Under the pieces are notes generated by a model. That model searched no databases. It was not told the DNA's origin and was given only the letters and a program-made list of their open reading frames with translations. DNA of 64,000 bases from an uncultured Acidaminococcus sp. (GTDB lineage Bacteria > Bacillota > Negativicutes > Acidaminococcales > Acidaminococcaceae). The stretch covers positions 11,111 to 75,110 of the forward strand of contig CAJMHI010000001.1 in the NCBI GenBank assembly GCA_905213155.1, written 5' to 3'. Made by a program: the position numbers and the translations under genes. Below are positions 37,205 through 47,949 of this stretch, piece by piece. How positions within the stretch are numbered: the first letter of the stretch is position 1; the number at the start of each line of letters is the position of its first letter.

Positions 37205-39807
37205 CAACCTTAACACCGATGCTGCAGCAATACCTGGATATTAAAAAAGACCATCAGGATGAGCTGCTGTTTTTCCGCCTGGGAGATTTCTACGAACTGT
37301 TTAACGAAGATGCCGTTACAGCATCCCGGGAACTGAACCTCACTTTGACGCACCGGGCGGGGGGCAAGGTGGGCGCCAGTGCCACCATGCCCATGTGCGG
37401 GGTACCTTTCCATTCTGTGGATGGGTATCTGGCCAAATTAATTAAAAAAGGTTACCGGATCGCCATTTGTGACCAAATGGAAGATCCTAAAAAAGCAGTG
37501 GGCATCGTCAAACGGGAAGTGACCAAAATTATCACCCCGGGGACCGTGCTCAGCGATGCTGTTTTGGAAGAAAATCACAACCAGTATCTGGCCTGTCTCA
37601 TGCGGGACAAGGAGTCTCTTTGTCTTTCTTTTGCCGATGTTTCCACAGGGGAATGTGCCTGGTACCTGGCAGAGGGAAAAAATCGGGAGGAAGCGGTCCT
37701 GGATCAGATCTATCGCATCCAGCCGGCGGAACTGGTCCTTACAGAAGACGCTGACCGCTTCGGGAAGCTTTTGCCTAAGATTTTGCAAAAACACCCGGAG
37801 TGTATGGTGAACCAGTTTGTTCCGCTGCCGAAAGAGACCTATTTCACACAGCATTTCGGCGCGGACGATGCGGCAGGGGAGCGGCCTTTTGTGCGGCGCA
37901 CCGTGGAAGTCATGCTGGAATACATCCACGAAAATGTAAAAAGCGATCTGGCGCAGATCAACCGGCTCCGGGAGATTACAACCGATCATGTGATGGATCT
38001 GGATGCCACAGCCATTCGTAATCTGGAACTGGTTAAAAATATGAAGGACGGGACCCGTCACGGAACGCTCCTGGATGTGCTGGACTATACCCAAACAGCC
38101 ATGGGGGCACGTCAATTGCGGCAGTGGGTGGAATCCCCCCTCCTTGATCCGGCAAAAATTACCGGGCGGCAGCAGGCCATTGGGGAACTCTTAGAACATG
38201 CTACCAGCCGCAACGCACTGGGAGATGCTTTAAAGGAAATTACCGACCTGGAACGGATTCTTTCCCGGGTAGAAGTTGGCTCTGCCAATGCACGGGATAT
38301 GGCGGCCTTGCGCAGTGCACTGCAAGCGCTGCCCGCTGTAAAACAACTGCTGGCATCCCAGCAAGGCGGACTGCTCCATGCCCTGGATGGCCGTATTTCC
38401 CTGCATGAAGAAGTGCTGGATACCCTTGAGAGGGGCATTGTGGATGACCCTCCGTTTACGGTGCGGGAAGGCGGTATGATCCGCAAAGGATTTAATAAGG
38501 AGCTGGACGAAGTCCGGGATATTGCAGAACATAATACGGTCTGGATGCAGCGCTTTGAGCAAAAAATCAAAGAAGAAACGGGCATCAAAACCCTGAAGGT
38601 AGGCTATAACAAAGTCTTTGGCTACTATATTGAGGTCAGCAAAGGGCAAGTCAGCCAGGTGCCGGATTCCTTTATCCGCAAGCAGACGCTTGTGAATGCA
38701 GAACGGTATATTGTCCCGGAGCTGAAAGACTTTGAAAATAAGATTCTTTCTGCCAAAGAAAAGATTCAGCAGCTGGAATATTATCTCTTTAATGAAATCC
38801 GTCAGCAAATCCGGGAACACCTGGTGCCCATCCAGCGGACAGCCCGTGCCATCGGCGCCCTGGATGTGCTGTATTCTCTTGCTATGGCGGCTTTTAAAGG
38901 GAATTATACCTGTCCGCGCCTTAATGCCCGGCAGGAAATCCGTATCCGGGACGGGCGGCACCCGGTAGTAGAAAAATTGCTAGAACGAGAATTGTTTGTT
39001 CCTAATGACACTTATCTGAACCAGACAGATGAACGCCTGATGATTTTAACCGGCCCTAATATGGCCGGCAAATCCACCTACATGCGGCAGGTAGCCTTAC
39101 TCGTTCTCATGACACAGATGGGCAGCTTTATTCCCGCACGGGAAGCGGATATCTGCCCGGTGGACCGGATTTTTACCCGGGTGGGGGCAAGCGATGATTT
39201 AGCCACCGGGCAAAGTACCTTTATGGTGGAAATGAACGAAGTGACCAATATTTTAAAATTTGCCACCAGCCGCAGTTTGATTATCCTGGACGAAGTGGGC
39301 CGGGGGACCAGTACCTATGACGGGATGGCCATCGCCCGGGCCGTGGTGGAATTTATCAACAAAAAGATCAGCGCCAAGACATTATTTGCCACCCATTACC
39401 ATGAATTGATCGAGTTGGAACAACTAGAGCCTGGCATCAAAAATTATTCCGTAGCCGTTAAAGAAAAAGGCAAGGACGTGGTATTTCTGCGGCGAATTGT
39501 GCCCGGCGGCACGGATAAAAGCTATGGGATCCACGTTGCCAAACTGGCAGGCCTGCCGGGCAAAGTGGTAGAGCGGGCAGAAAAACTGCTGGAGGAATAC
39601 ACCCAAACGGGCGGCAAAGCGCCTGCTATAGCTATGCCGCAGAATATACCGAACGTGCCAGAAGATCCCCAGCCCAGCTTATTTGGGGACAGCATCCGGG
39701 AAACGCTGAAGAGTCTGGATGTGATGACGATGACACCACTGGAAGCCTTAAATACCCTGTATGAGCTCCAGAAAGAAGCAAAACGGGAAGGAGGGATGGC
39801 GGAGTGA
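37201..39807 (+). CDS. mutS: DNA mismatch repair protein MutS
   Basis: GDFYELF, TGPNMAGKS, DEVGRGTS, ATHYHEL. Confidence 0.98.
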   Translation: MTTLTPMLQQYLDIKKDHQDELLFFRLGDFYELFNEDAVTASRELNLTLTHRAGGKVGASATMPMCGVPFHSVDGYLAKLIKKGYRIAICDQMEDPKKAVGIVKREVTKIITPGTVLSDAVLEENHNQYLACLMRDKESLCLSFADVSTGECAWYLAEGKNREEAVLDQIYRIQPAELVLTEDADRFGKLLPKILQKHPECMVNQFVPLPKETYFTQHFGADDAAGERPFVRRTVEVMLEYIHENVKSDLAQINRLREITTDHVMDLDATAIRNLELVKNMKDGTRHGTLLDVLDYTQTAMGARQLRQWVESPLLDPAKITGRQQAIGELLEHATSRNALGDALKEITDLERILSRVEVGSANARDMAALRSALQALPAVKQLLASQQGGLLHALDGRISLHEEVLDTLERGIVDDPPFTVREGGMIRKGFNKELDEVRDIAEHNTVWMQRFEQKIKEETGIKTLKVGYNKVFGYYIEVSKGQVSQVPDSFIRKQTLVNAERYIVPELKDFENKILSAKEKIQQLEYYLFNEIRQQIREHLVPIQRTARAIGALDVLYSLAMAAFKGNYTCPRLNARQEIRIRDGRHPVVEKLLERELFVPNDTYLNQTDERLMILTGPNMAGKSTYMRQVALLVLMTQMGSFIPAREADICPVDRIFTRVGASDDLATGQSTFMVEMNEVTNILKFATSRSLIILDEVGRGTSTYDGMAIARAVVEFINKKISAKTLFATHYHELIELEQLEPGIKNYSVAVKEKGKDVVFLRRIVPGGTDKSYGIHVAKLAGLPGKVVERAEKLLEEYTQTGGKAPAIAMPQNIPNVPEDPQPSLFGDSIRETLKSLDVMTMTPLEALNTLYELQKEAKREGGMAE

Positions 39808-41717
39808 GTGTACCTGTCAATTTACTGGACCAAAATACCAGCAACCAGATTGCAGCAGGGGAAGTGGTGGAAAAACCGGCTTCTGTGGTTAAAGAGCTGA
39901 TGGAAAATTCCCTGGATGCCGGAGCCAACCGGATTGATGTGAGCATTTTTGCCGGCGGCACGGAATTTATCCAGGTCAAAGATAACGGCAGCGGTATGGA
40001 TGAAAAAAATGCCCGGATGGCCCTCTTGCGTCATGCTACCAGTAAGATCCGCAAAGCTGACGACCTTTTAACCCTCCGTACCCTGGGCTTTCGGGGAGAG
40101 GCGCTGCCCAGCATTGCCTCTGTATCCCATTTCAGGCTGCTTACCCGGGAACCAGAAGCAGAGTTTGGTACCCAAATCACCATAGATGGGGGTGAAGAGG
40201 AAGACGTTGGACAAATGGGCGGCGATGTGGGTACCACCATTACCGTCAAAGATTTGTTCTATAACGTGCCCGCCAGGAGAAAGTTTCTTCGTACCGTTCA
40301 CACGGAAGGCCGCTATATCAGCGAAATTGTCAGCCGTATGGCGCTTTCCCGCCCGGATGTACATTTTACCCTCACTCGGGACGATAAGGAAGTAATCAAT
40401 ACCCCTGGCAGCGGGGATATCTTAGACACCATTGCTTCCTTGTATGGCAAAGAAGTCATCCGTCAGCTTTTAACCGTTGACTATGCCCAGGAGGGGATAC
40501 AGGTAAAAGGCTACATCAGCCGCCCGACGTTGTTAAAAGGCACGCGGCAGTGGCAGACATTATTTGTAAATGGGCGCTGCATTAATAACCGCATGGTCAG
40601 TAAAGCCATAGATCATGCCTACCAGTCTCAAATCCCCAAAGCAGGCTTTCCTTTTGCAGTGCTGGATATACTGGTAGACACCCATGCCATTGATATCAAT
40701 GTTCACCCCCAGAAAAGTGAAATCAAATTTGGAGACGAGAGCGCTGTGTACCGGGCGGTTTACCATGCCCTGACTAACGCCCTGACCCAGCCCATGGCAG
40801 GAAAAACGGCGACCGATGGCAGTGTGGCACTGGCGCAGCCAACGCCGCAGCATTTTTCGGCGGCTCCCGCCCAACCAACACCGGAGACAAGCACGCTTTT
40901 TACCGGAGGCGACCGGGGGAACCAATACCGGTCCCCGTCTTTTGGACGGAGCTTTGCTTCCAGTCCTAATGGCAGTTATGGGCAAATGGTGTGGAAAACG
41001 CCGGACACAATTGCCGAAGATGCTTCCGAGAAGTTCTTTGAAGCCCAGCGGATAACGCCGGAAGATCCCGCTGCAAGCTCTATCACGGAATCTGGCAACC
41101 AGGAAACAGTGCCGGGTGAGGAGTTAGAAGGAACGCTAAGTAGTGGCGTGGATATGATCTGGCCTTTGGGACAGGTGGACCGGGTGTTTATTATCGCCCA
41201 GTCGGAAACGTCCTTGTATCTCATTGACCAGCATGCGGCTCATGAACGGGTATTGTATGATAAATTTGTCCGCCAGCAGCAGGATATTCCCTCCCAGCAG
41301 CTGTTACTCCCACTGTTTCTCAACGTAGCCCGGATGGATGTGGATGCGGTTTCCAATTACCGGGAAGCCTTTTTGCAGCTGGGCGTAGATGTAGAGCCCG
41401 CAGGGGAAACGACCCTGCGTGTTTCTGCGTTGCCGGCGGATGTGCAAAGCGGCCAGGCAGAAGGGTTTATTGAAGATATTTTAACGCTGCTTTCTGAAAA
41501 CAAAAATATTAAAGCCAGCGATCTCAGAGAAAGCGTGCTGCACTACGCCGCCTGCCACTCGGCCATACGAGCCGGAGAGGTGTTAAATATCCGGCAGATG
41601 CGGCAGCTGATTTTGGAACTGTTAAATACAGAACATCCTTTTACCTGCCCCCACGGACGGCCTTGTATGATACAGCTGACCAGTGAGGAATTGTACAGGA
41701 TGTTCAAACGGACATAA
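39804..41717 (+). CDS. mutL: DNA mismatch repair protein MutL
   Basis: IAAGEVV, GFRGEAL, DQHAAHE, CPHGRP. Confidence 0.98.
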   Translation: MSVPVNLLDQNTSNQIAAGEVVEKPASVVKELMENSLDAGANRIDVSIFAGGTEFIQVKDNGSGMDEKNARMALLRHATSKIRKADDLLTLRTLGFRGEALPSIASVSHFRLLTREPEAEFGTQITIDGGEEEDVGQMGGDVGTTITVKDLFYNVPARRKFLRTVHTEGRYISEIVSRMALSRPDVHFTLTRDDKEVINTPGSGDILDTIASLYGKEVIRQLLTVDYAQEGIQVKGYISRPTLLKGTRQWQTLFVNGRCINNRMVSKAIDHAYQSQIPKAGFPFAVLDILVDTHAIDINVHPQKSEIKFGDESAVYRAVYHALTNALTQPMAGKTATDGSVALAQPTPQHFSAAPAQPTPETSTLFTGGDRGNQYRSPSFGRSFASSPNGSYGQMVWKTPDTIAEDASEKFFEAQRITPEDPAASSITESGNQETVPGEELEGTLSSGVDMIWPLGQVDRVFIIAQSETSLYLIDQHAAHERVLYDKFVRQQQDIPSQQLLLPLFLNVARMDVDAVSNYREAFLQLGVDVEPAGETTLRVSALPADVQSGQAEGFIEDILTLLSENKNIKASDLRESVLHYAACHSAIRAGEVLNIRQMRQLILELLNTEHPFTCPHGRPCMIQLTSEELYRMFKRT

Positions 41718-41725
41718 GGATAACT

Positions 41726-42511
41726 ATGGATTATGGAGTGACGGTGGGCCTTAAAGGGTCGGCCGCTTTGATAAAAAAAGCCAAAGCCTGGGCAGAGGAG
41801 CTACAGCTGCCGTTTTTTATGCGGTCCCGGCATGGCACCTTGCAGGATTTTTGTGCAGAGCGGGGACTCAAGGCCCTTTTGATAGCTTCGCATCTGGGGG
41901 CACAAGTCTTTACCCAGGAAGGAATTTTGCGTTATCATCCTTCTATGGGCGTGCCCCGGATCCGCATCCTGGAGCGGGGCGGAACGGATCATTTGGTCGA
42001 AGCTTGTAACCTAAAATCGGGGAAACGCTATCTGGATTGTACCCTGGGGCTTGCGGCCGATGCTGCCGTAGCTTCTTTTGTGGTAGGCCCTGCGGGAAAA
42101 GTTACAGGACTGGAGGCGTCCCCCGTTTTATACATGCTGGCGAAAGAAGGTCTGGAAACTTACCCCATGCCGGACGATAAGAAAATTGAAGCGGCGCTGC
42201 GACGAATTGAAGCTCTGTGGAAAAAAGCCGAAGACTTTCTGCCCACGCTGCCAAGTGACAGCTATGATGTGGTGTATTTTGACCCCATGTTTCGCCGACC
42301 GGTAGGCAGCTCCGCCAGTATGCAGCCTCTGCGGCCCGCATCCTATCATAAGCCGCTGGATTGTGGAATGATTCGAGAAGCCCTGCGGGTGGCGCCCTTG
42401 GTGGTCGTCAAAGAACGGGATGAAGCGTTGCTGCAGCAATTAGGCGCGCAGGAAATCCAGGGCGGTAAATACAGCCGGGTAAAATATGGCATCATCAGGA
42501 GGCAGCTATGA
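41726..42511 (+). CDS. Class I SAM-dependent methyltransferase (RsmJ-like)
   Basis: LDCTLGL..DA, YFDPMF; usual mutL-miaA position. Confidence 0.85.
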   Translation: MDYGVTVGLKGSAALIKKAKAWAEELQLPFFMRSRHGTLQDFCAERGLKALLIASHLGAQVFTQEGILRYHPSMGVPRIRILERGGTDHLVEACNLKSGKRYLDCTLGLAADAAVASFVVGPAGKVTGLEASPVLYMLAKEGLETYPMPDDKKIEAALRRIEALWKKAEDFLPTLPSDSYDVVYFDPMFRRPVGSSASMQPLRPASYHKPLDCGMIREALRVAPLVVVKERDEALLQQLGAQEIQGGKYSRVKYGIIRRQL

Positions 42512-43440
42512 ACACCAAGCCTAAAGTCGTAGCCATCATAGGTCCTACTGCCACAGGCAAGACCGGCCTTGGGATTCGCTTAGCCAAAAAATGGGGCGGG
42601 GAAATTATTTCCGGGGATTCCATGCTGGTATTTCGGCGGATGGATATTGCTACCGCCAAGCCTACTCCGGAAGAACTCGCAGAAGTACCGCATCATTTGG
42701 TGGATATATTGGAGCCAGCGGAAAAATATTCGGTGGTCGCCTTCCAGGAGCAGGCGGATTTTTGGATCCGGGACTGCAACCGCCGGGGCGTGCTTCCCAT
42801 CTTAGTGGGGGGGACGGGGCTATATTGCCGGGCGCTTTTGGAACACTACGATTTCTCCACTGTGGATGAATCCGAAGGACTTCGCAAGGAACTCATCTCG
42901 TATGCAGAGGAAAACGGCAATGCGGCCTTGCATAAAAAGCTGGAGAAACTCAATCCTACGCTTGCAGAAAATTTGAAGGTCAATGACAGAAAGCGTATAA
43001 TAAGAGCAATTGAAACAACGCTGGGGGGCGATGCCGCATTCACTCGAAAGGCAGCAGAAAGTCCCTATGAGGCTGTAGTTTTTGGCCTAGCCATGGAGCG
43101 CCCGGTACTCTATGACCGGATTAACCGCCGGGTGGATTTGATGGTACAGCAGGGGCTTTTTGCAGAAACCAAAAGGCTTTTACAAGAAGGTATCCCTGCA
43201 AATTGCCAATCCATGAAGAGTATAGGGTATCGGCAGGCGCTGGAATATTTTCAGGGCCATTGGACCCAAGAAGAATGTATTGATAAAATCAAGCAAGCTA
43301 CCCGGAATTTTGCCAAACGGCAGATTACCTGGTACAAAAAGATGCCGTATATAAGGTGGCTGCATCTTTCGGATCCGGTGAATGAAGCTGCAGCCCTAAA
43401 GGCAATGGAAGAGGTATTGTTAGAAGAAAGATTTATATAA
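42508..43440 (+). CDS. miaA: tRNA dimethylallyltransferase
   Basis: GPTATGKT, DSM...MDI.TAKP, GGTGLY, AKRQ.TW. Confidence 0.97.
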   Translation: MNTKPKVVAIIGPTATGKTGLGIRLAKKWGGEIISGDSMLVFRRMDIATAKPTPEELAEVPHHLVDILEPAEKYSVVAFQEQADFWIRDCNRRGVLPILVGGTGLYCRALLEHYDFSTVDESEGLRKELISYAEENGNAALHKKLEKLNPTLAENLKVNDRKRIIRAIETTLGGDAAFTRKAAESPYEAVVFGLAMERPVLYDRINRRVDLMVQQGLFAETKRLLQEGIPANCQSMKSIGYRQALEYFQGHWTQEECIDKIKQATRNFAKRQITWYKKMPYIRWLHLSDPVNEAAALKAMEEVLLEERFI

Positions 43441-43462
43441 AACGGCTACTCCAGAAAAAGGA

Positions 43463-44368
43463 ATGATCAGATTGACACGCAAGACCGATCTAGAGAATGA
43501 AATCAATATTTTTTTAGAGTATTTGACGGTGGAAATTGGGCTGGCACAGAATACCCGGGATTCATACGGACGGGATCTGCGGCTGTTTGCAGTCTGGGTG
43601 AACCGGCCTTTAACGGAAGTGACAAAAGACGATATATCCCGGTATCTCAAAATGCTGAAAGAACAGCATTATGCACCCACGTCCCTGTCCCGCAAGCTGG
43701 CAGCGCTCAAGGCATTTTTCCGGTTTATGACCGGGGAAGGGTATTTGGAAGAAGATCCTTCCGAAGTGGTGGAAGCCGGGAGCCGGGGAGCTATGCTGCC
43801 CAAAGTTCTGAGCCTGGAGGAAGTAAAAGCGCTTTTTGCTGCCGTGGATCTCACGCAAAAAGAAGGCATCCGGGACCGGGCCATGCTGGAAGTGATGTAT
43901 GCCACCGGCATGCGGGTTTCTGAACTGCTGGGGCTTACCGTGAACCGTGTCAATTTGAAAACCCATTATGCGATTGCGTTTGGCAAGGGGTCCAAGGAAA
44001 GGTTGATCCCTTTGGGACACTATGCCATTTACTATTTGGAAAAGTATTTGCTGGAAGTACGGCCTAAAATGGTCCGTGCCCAGCATCCTACGGATGATCT
44101 TTTCCTCACCGTCCGGGGCAGCGGCATGACCCGGCAGCGTTTTTGGCAGATTATCAAAGTATATGGTCAAAAGGCTGGTATCAAAAAGCCCCTGACGCCC
44201 CACATTTTGCGTCATTCTTTTGCGACGCATATGTTAAATAACGGGGCAGACCTTCGGACCGTGCAGGAGCTTTTAGGACATTCGGATATTTCTACCACTC
44301 AGATTTATACCCATTTGACGGATAACCGGCTTAAAGCCGTATTTGACAAGAGTCACCCCCGGGCATAA
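43463..44368 (+). CDS. xerD: Tyrosine recombinase XerD
   Basis: YATGMRVSEL, GKGSKER, HILRHSFATH, LLGHSDISTTQIY, HPRA end. Confidence 0.93.
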   Translation: MIRLTRKTDLENEINIFLEYLTVEIGLAQNTRDSYGRDLRLFAVWVNRPLTEVTKDDISRYLKMLKEQHYAPTSLSRKLAALKAFFRFMTGEGYLEEDPSEVVEAGSRGAMLPKVLSLEEVKALFAAVDLTQKEGIRDRAMLEVMYATGMRVSELLGLTVNRVNLKTHYAIAFGKGSKERLIPLGHYAIYYLEKYLLEVRPKMVRAQHPTDDLFLTVRGSGMTRQRFWQIIKVYGQKAGIKKPLTPHILRHSFATHMLNNGADLRTVQELLGHSDISTTQIYTHLTDNRLKAVFDKSHPRA

Positions 44369-44379
44369 AGGAATAATCC

Positions 44380-45342
44380 ATGAGAAGAAAAAAATCAAAG
44401 AATCATTTTTTTCGTAATGCTGTATTATTGTTGGTGGTATGTGCCTGTGCCGGATTATTCTATGCCTACCGGCAGGAAAAGTCTGCCCATCCGGAAGAAA
44501 GCTGGCAGGAAGCAGCCCAAAAGACCATTACCGATACCGTAGAAAAAGGAAAAGAGCTGACGCCAGAAGGCAAAGACAGTGAGGATAAGGATAAAAAAGC
44601 TACTGAGAAAACGGACGTAACCAAAAAACAGCCATCTTCTCCTGCTTCTGGCAGGGATTGGTTGCCGGGCCTTAGCAAACGGCAATATAAAGGAAAACTG
44701 GCAGTAGTGATTGATGACTGCGGGTATGATATGGACGCACTGCGTACCTTGACACGGCTTCCGCTGCCCATGAGTTTTGCCATTATTCCCTTTAAAACCC
44801 ATAGCCGGGATGCCTTGCAGGAAATTCGCAGTCAGGGACGTGTCGCTATGCTGCATTTGCCTATGGAGCCTATGAGCGGCGGCAGCAGCGAAGCAGAAGC
44901 GGTAAAAGTGGGCATGACAAAAGAACAGATTCAGCGTTTTACCCAAAAAGCCATTGACAGCCTGCCAGGGATTCAGGGCGTAAATAATCACCAGGGCTCC
45001 AAGGCAACATCTAACGGTCCCACCATTACCGCAGCGCTAACGACCATGAAGCAGAACGGGCTCTTTTTCGTAGACAGCCGCACATCCAGCAACACGGTGG
45101 CAGAGGAAAAGGCTGCAGCGCTGGGGATGCGCACGGGACACAATAGTCTTTTCCTGGATAATAGCGCAGATGAGGAGACCATCCGGCGGCAGATTGGCAA
45201 AGCCATTGCTCTGGCGGACCAGTATGGATCCCTTATCGTGATCTGTCATGCCCGACCCCATACGGCCGCAGCCTGGAAAAAAAGTGTAGCAGCCATACAA
45301 GCTACCGGCATTCGGCTTGTGCCGGTGACCGATGTGTTATAA
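44380..45342 (+). CDS. Divergent polysaccharide deacetylase (YibQ-like)
   Basis: VIDD.G, HLPMEP, NNHQGS, FVDS.T, ICH. Confidence 0.9.
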   Translation: MRRKKSKNHFFRNAVLLLVVCACAGLFYAYRQEKSAHPEESWQEAAQKTITDTVEKGKELTPEGKDSEDKDKKATEKTDVTKKQPSSPASGRDWLPGLSKRQYKGKLAVVIDDCGYDMDALRTLTRLPLPMSFAIIPFKTHSRDALQEIRSQGRVAMLHLPMEPMSGGSSEAEAVKVGMTKEQIQRFTQKAIDSLPGIQGVNNHQGSKATSNGPTITAALTTMKQNGLFFVDSRTSSNTVAEEKAAALGMRTGHNSLFLDNSADEETIRRQIGKAIALADQYGSLIVICHARPHTAAAWKKSVAAIQATGIRLVPVTDVL

Positions 45343-45368
45343 GTTGGTGTGAAGGAGGAGGGATTGCC

Positions 45369-46232
45369 ATGCTAAAAACAACCTTGTTAATGGCCATGAT
45401 GACGGCTATTTTAATGGTCATCGGAGAGTATGTAGGGGGCACCGATGGGATGACCATCATGCTTATCTTTTCCCTGGTATCTAATTTTGCGATGTACTGG
45501 TTCAGCGACAAAGTCGTCATCAGTCAATACAACGCCCAGCAGGTAGATGCTACAAGCGCCCCTCAGTTGTATCATATCGTGGAAGGCCTGGCGCAGCGTG
45601 GCGATCTGCCCATGCCCAAAGTCTATATCATTCCTACCCGTCTGCCCAATGCATTTGCCACGGGGCGCAATCCGGACCATGCGGCTGTCTGCGTGACAGA
45701 AGGACTGCTGGACTTATTGGAGCCTCGGGAAATCGCAGGTGTTTTGGGGCATGAGATGAGCCATATCAAACACCGGGATATTTTGATCAGTACCATTGCT
45801 GCCGGAATGGCAGGCGTGATTTCGCTACTAGCCCGCTTTGCTTTTTGGTTTGGCGGTAGCCGGGACAACCGTCGCAATAATCCCATAGCAGCGATTCTGA
45901 TTCTGGTATTGACACCCATTGCGGCAGCGATTATCCAGTTGGCCATTTCCCGTACCCGGGAATATATGGCAGACTACACCGGGGGGCAATTGTCCGGTGA
46001 TCCGGATGCCCTGGCTGATGCCCTTGGAAAAATCGAAGGGTACGCACGGCAGCGCACCATGCCCCATGCTACGGAGTCTACTGCTCATATGTTTATTATT
46101 TCCCCGTTTTCTGCCCAGGATGCCAAGGCTCTTTTCAGCACACATCCCTCTACGGAAGAGCGTATTGCCCGTCTCCACAAGGAGGCTCAGGAAATGCGGG
46201 AGCAGGGGATACTCCATCCGCTGGTAGAATAG
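45369..46232 (+). CDS. htpX: Zinc metalloprotease HtpX
   Basis: PNAFATG, HEMSH, SRTREY.AD, STHP...RI. Confidence 0.95.
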   Translation: MLKTTLLMAMMTAILMVIGEYVGGTDGMTIMLIFSLVSNFAMYWFSDKVVISQYNAQQVDATSAPQLYHIVEGLAQRGDLPMPKVYIIPTRLPNAFATGRNPDHAAVCVTEGLLDLLEPREIAGVLGHEMSHIKHRDILISTIAAGMAGVISLLARFAFWFGGSRDNRRNNPIAAILILVLTPIAAAIIQLAISRTREYMADYTGGQLSGDPDALADALGKIEGYARQRTMPHATESTAHMFIISPFSAQDAKALFSTHPSTEERIARLHKEAQEMREQGILHPLVE

Positions 46233-46428
46233 CAATCAAAATACTACGAGTTCTCTTTCATGAGGGCAATTAAAATTTTCTAAAATAAATGTAAAAAAAT
46301 GAACAGTTTTACTCTTTTATTCTTGTAGCGAATATGCTAGAATAGGACCAGTGGAAATAATTGGACTGGAGACATAGCCATTTCCACCTGCAATTATTAT
46401 TCGTTATCTTTCTGAGGGGGTATGAAAA

Positions 46429-47670
46429 GTGGTACCGGTCTTGAAATTGACTATGTTTCATACATTGGCGCTGGCAGTATTGTCCATTTGGTTTGGGGAT
46501 TGGCTGAGAAATAAGCTGCCCATTCTGAAAAAATATTGCTTGCCCGGTGCAGTGGTAGGCGGTACGATCTTTGCCTGTATTTCACTGGCACTCTACGAAG
46601 CAGGAATTTGTGAACTCAATTTTGACTATAAGGTTGTCAACAGCCTGTTCTACTGCATCTTCTTTGCAGCCAGCGGAGCCGCTGCCAGCCTGAGCTTATT
46701 AAAAACCGGCGGTAAATATGTTATCCTGTTCTGTATTTCCGCAGCAGTTTTGGCGGCAATCCAAAATGCCCTGGCTATCGGCCTGGGCCAAGTTCTAAAC
46801 GTACCGCCGCTGGTTTCCATGATGACCGGTTCCATTCCTATGACCGGCGGTCACGGCAATGCGGCAGCTTTTGCCCCCATGGCGGTTAAAATGGGCGCCA
46901 GCAACGCCTTGGAAGTAGCTATTGCCGCTGCTACCTTTGGCCTGATTTCCGGTTCTATTATCGGCGGACCGCTGGGCCGTTTCCTGATTGAACACAACCA
47001 CCTGACCGATCCTGCTCTGGATGGTAAAGGGGATGTGGCAGAACAAAACGACGGCGAAGTAGGGACTGCGATTTATCGGGGCGACGTGGTGCAAGCCATG
47101 TATCTGATGTGCTTGGCACTGGGCATTGGCGGCGCTGTAATGGTCGTACTGCAAAAACTGGGCATTGCGTTCCCGATTCACGTATGTGCCATGTTGGGCG
47201 GCATCCTGATTCGGTTGTACTATGATGCTAAAGCAGGGGATCATACCAAGCTGTACGAAGGTATTGACACTGTCAGCGATTTCAGCCTGGGACTTTTTGT
47301 GGCCATGTCCATTATTTCCATGAAATTGTGGACACTGTCCGGTTTGGGACTGCAGCTGTTCCTTTTGTGCATGGCACAAGCAGTGTTCATCATTCTCTAC
47401 TGCGTATTCATCGACTACCCGCTCATGGGCAAAGGCTACGATGCTGCGATTATCGCTGTAGGACACTCCGGATTTGGTCTGGGCGCCGTGCCGGTATCCA
47501 TGACCACTATGACTACCGTGTGCAACCGGTATCGCTATTCTAAATTAGCCTTCTTTGTAGTCCCGGTTATTGGTGGGTTCCTGAGCAATATCACCAACGC
47601 TGTGATCATTGTAAAATTCCTGGATATTGCCCACAGCATGACCGCTGCGGCTACGGCTTTCCTGTTCTAA
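46429..47670 (+). CDS. gltS: Sodium/glutamate symporter
   Basis: GSI.MTGGHG, AATFGL..G..IGGP, GFGLGA.P, VPVIG.F. Confidence 0.9.
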   Translation: MVPVLKLTMFHTLALAVLSIWFGDWLRNKLPILKKYCLPGAVVGGTIFACISLALYEAGICELNFDYKVVNSLFYCIFFAASGAAASLSLLKTGGKYVILFCISAAVLAAIQNALAIGLGQVLNVPPLVSMMTGSIPMTGGHGNAAAFAPMAVKMGASNALEVAIAAATFGLISGSIIGGPLGRFLIEHNHLTDPALDGKGDVAEQNDGEVGTAIYRGDVVQAMYLMCLALGIGGAVMVVLQKLGIAFPIHVCAMLGGILIRLYYDAKAGDHTKLYEGIDTVSDFSLGLFVAMSIISMKLWTLSGLGLQLFLLCMAQAVFIILYCVFIDYPLMGKGYDAAIIAVGHSGFGLGAVPVSMTTMTTVCNRYRYSKLAFFVVPVIGGFLSNITNAVIIVKFLDIAHSMTAAATAFLF

Positions 47671-47696
47671 TACAAGAAAACTAAAAAAGAATATAT

Positions 47697-47729
47697 AAAA
47701 ACGGCTCCACTCCAGTGGGAGCCGTTTTT
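47697..47729 (+). terminator. Intrinsic terminator
   Basis: AAAAACGGCTCC/GGAGCCGTTTTT. Confidence 0.8.
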
Positions 47730-47949
47730 GCGTGAAAGAAATCATCTCTTTATGGATGGTATTTCTGTTATATATGTAAGAGACAGTTTTTATCTCTTCT
47801 TATTTTTGACTTATACCATTATACGGGTTTTACCAGACTCTGTTTCCTGTACTTTTAGATTATACCTATTGTATAAAAATGCGAAAAGACGTATAATAAC
47901 ATAACAAGACTAAAAAAACCTGGCAAGGGGCTTATTTGGAGGGGTAACA

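Noticed and set aside
43463..44368. Integrase of a mobile element
   Set aside because: Typical chromosomal XerD in a housekeeping operon with no att repeats or cargo seen.
46351..46387. Riboswitch in the gltS leader (GTGGAAAT/ATTTCCAC stem)
   Set aside because: Single 8-bp stem without known motif or expression platform.
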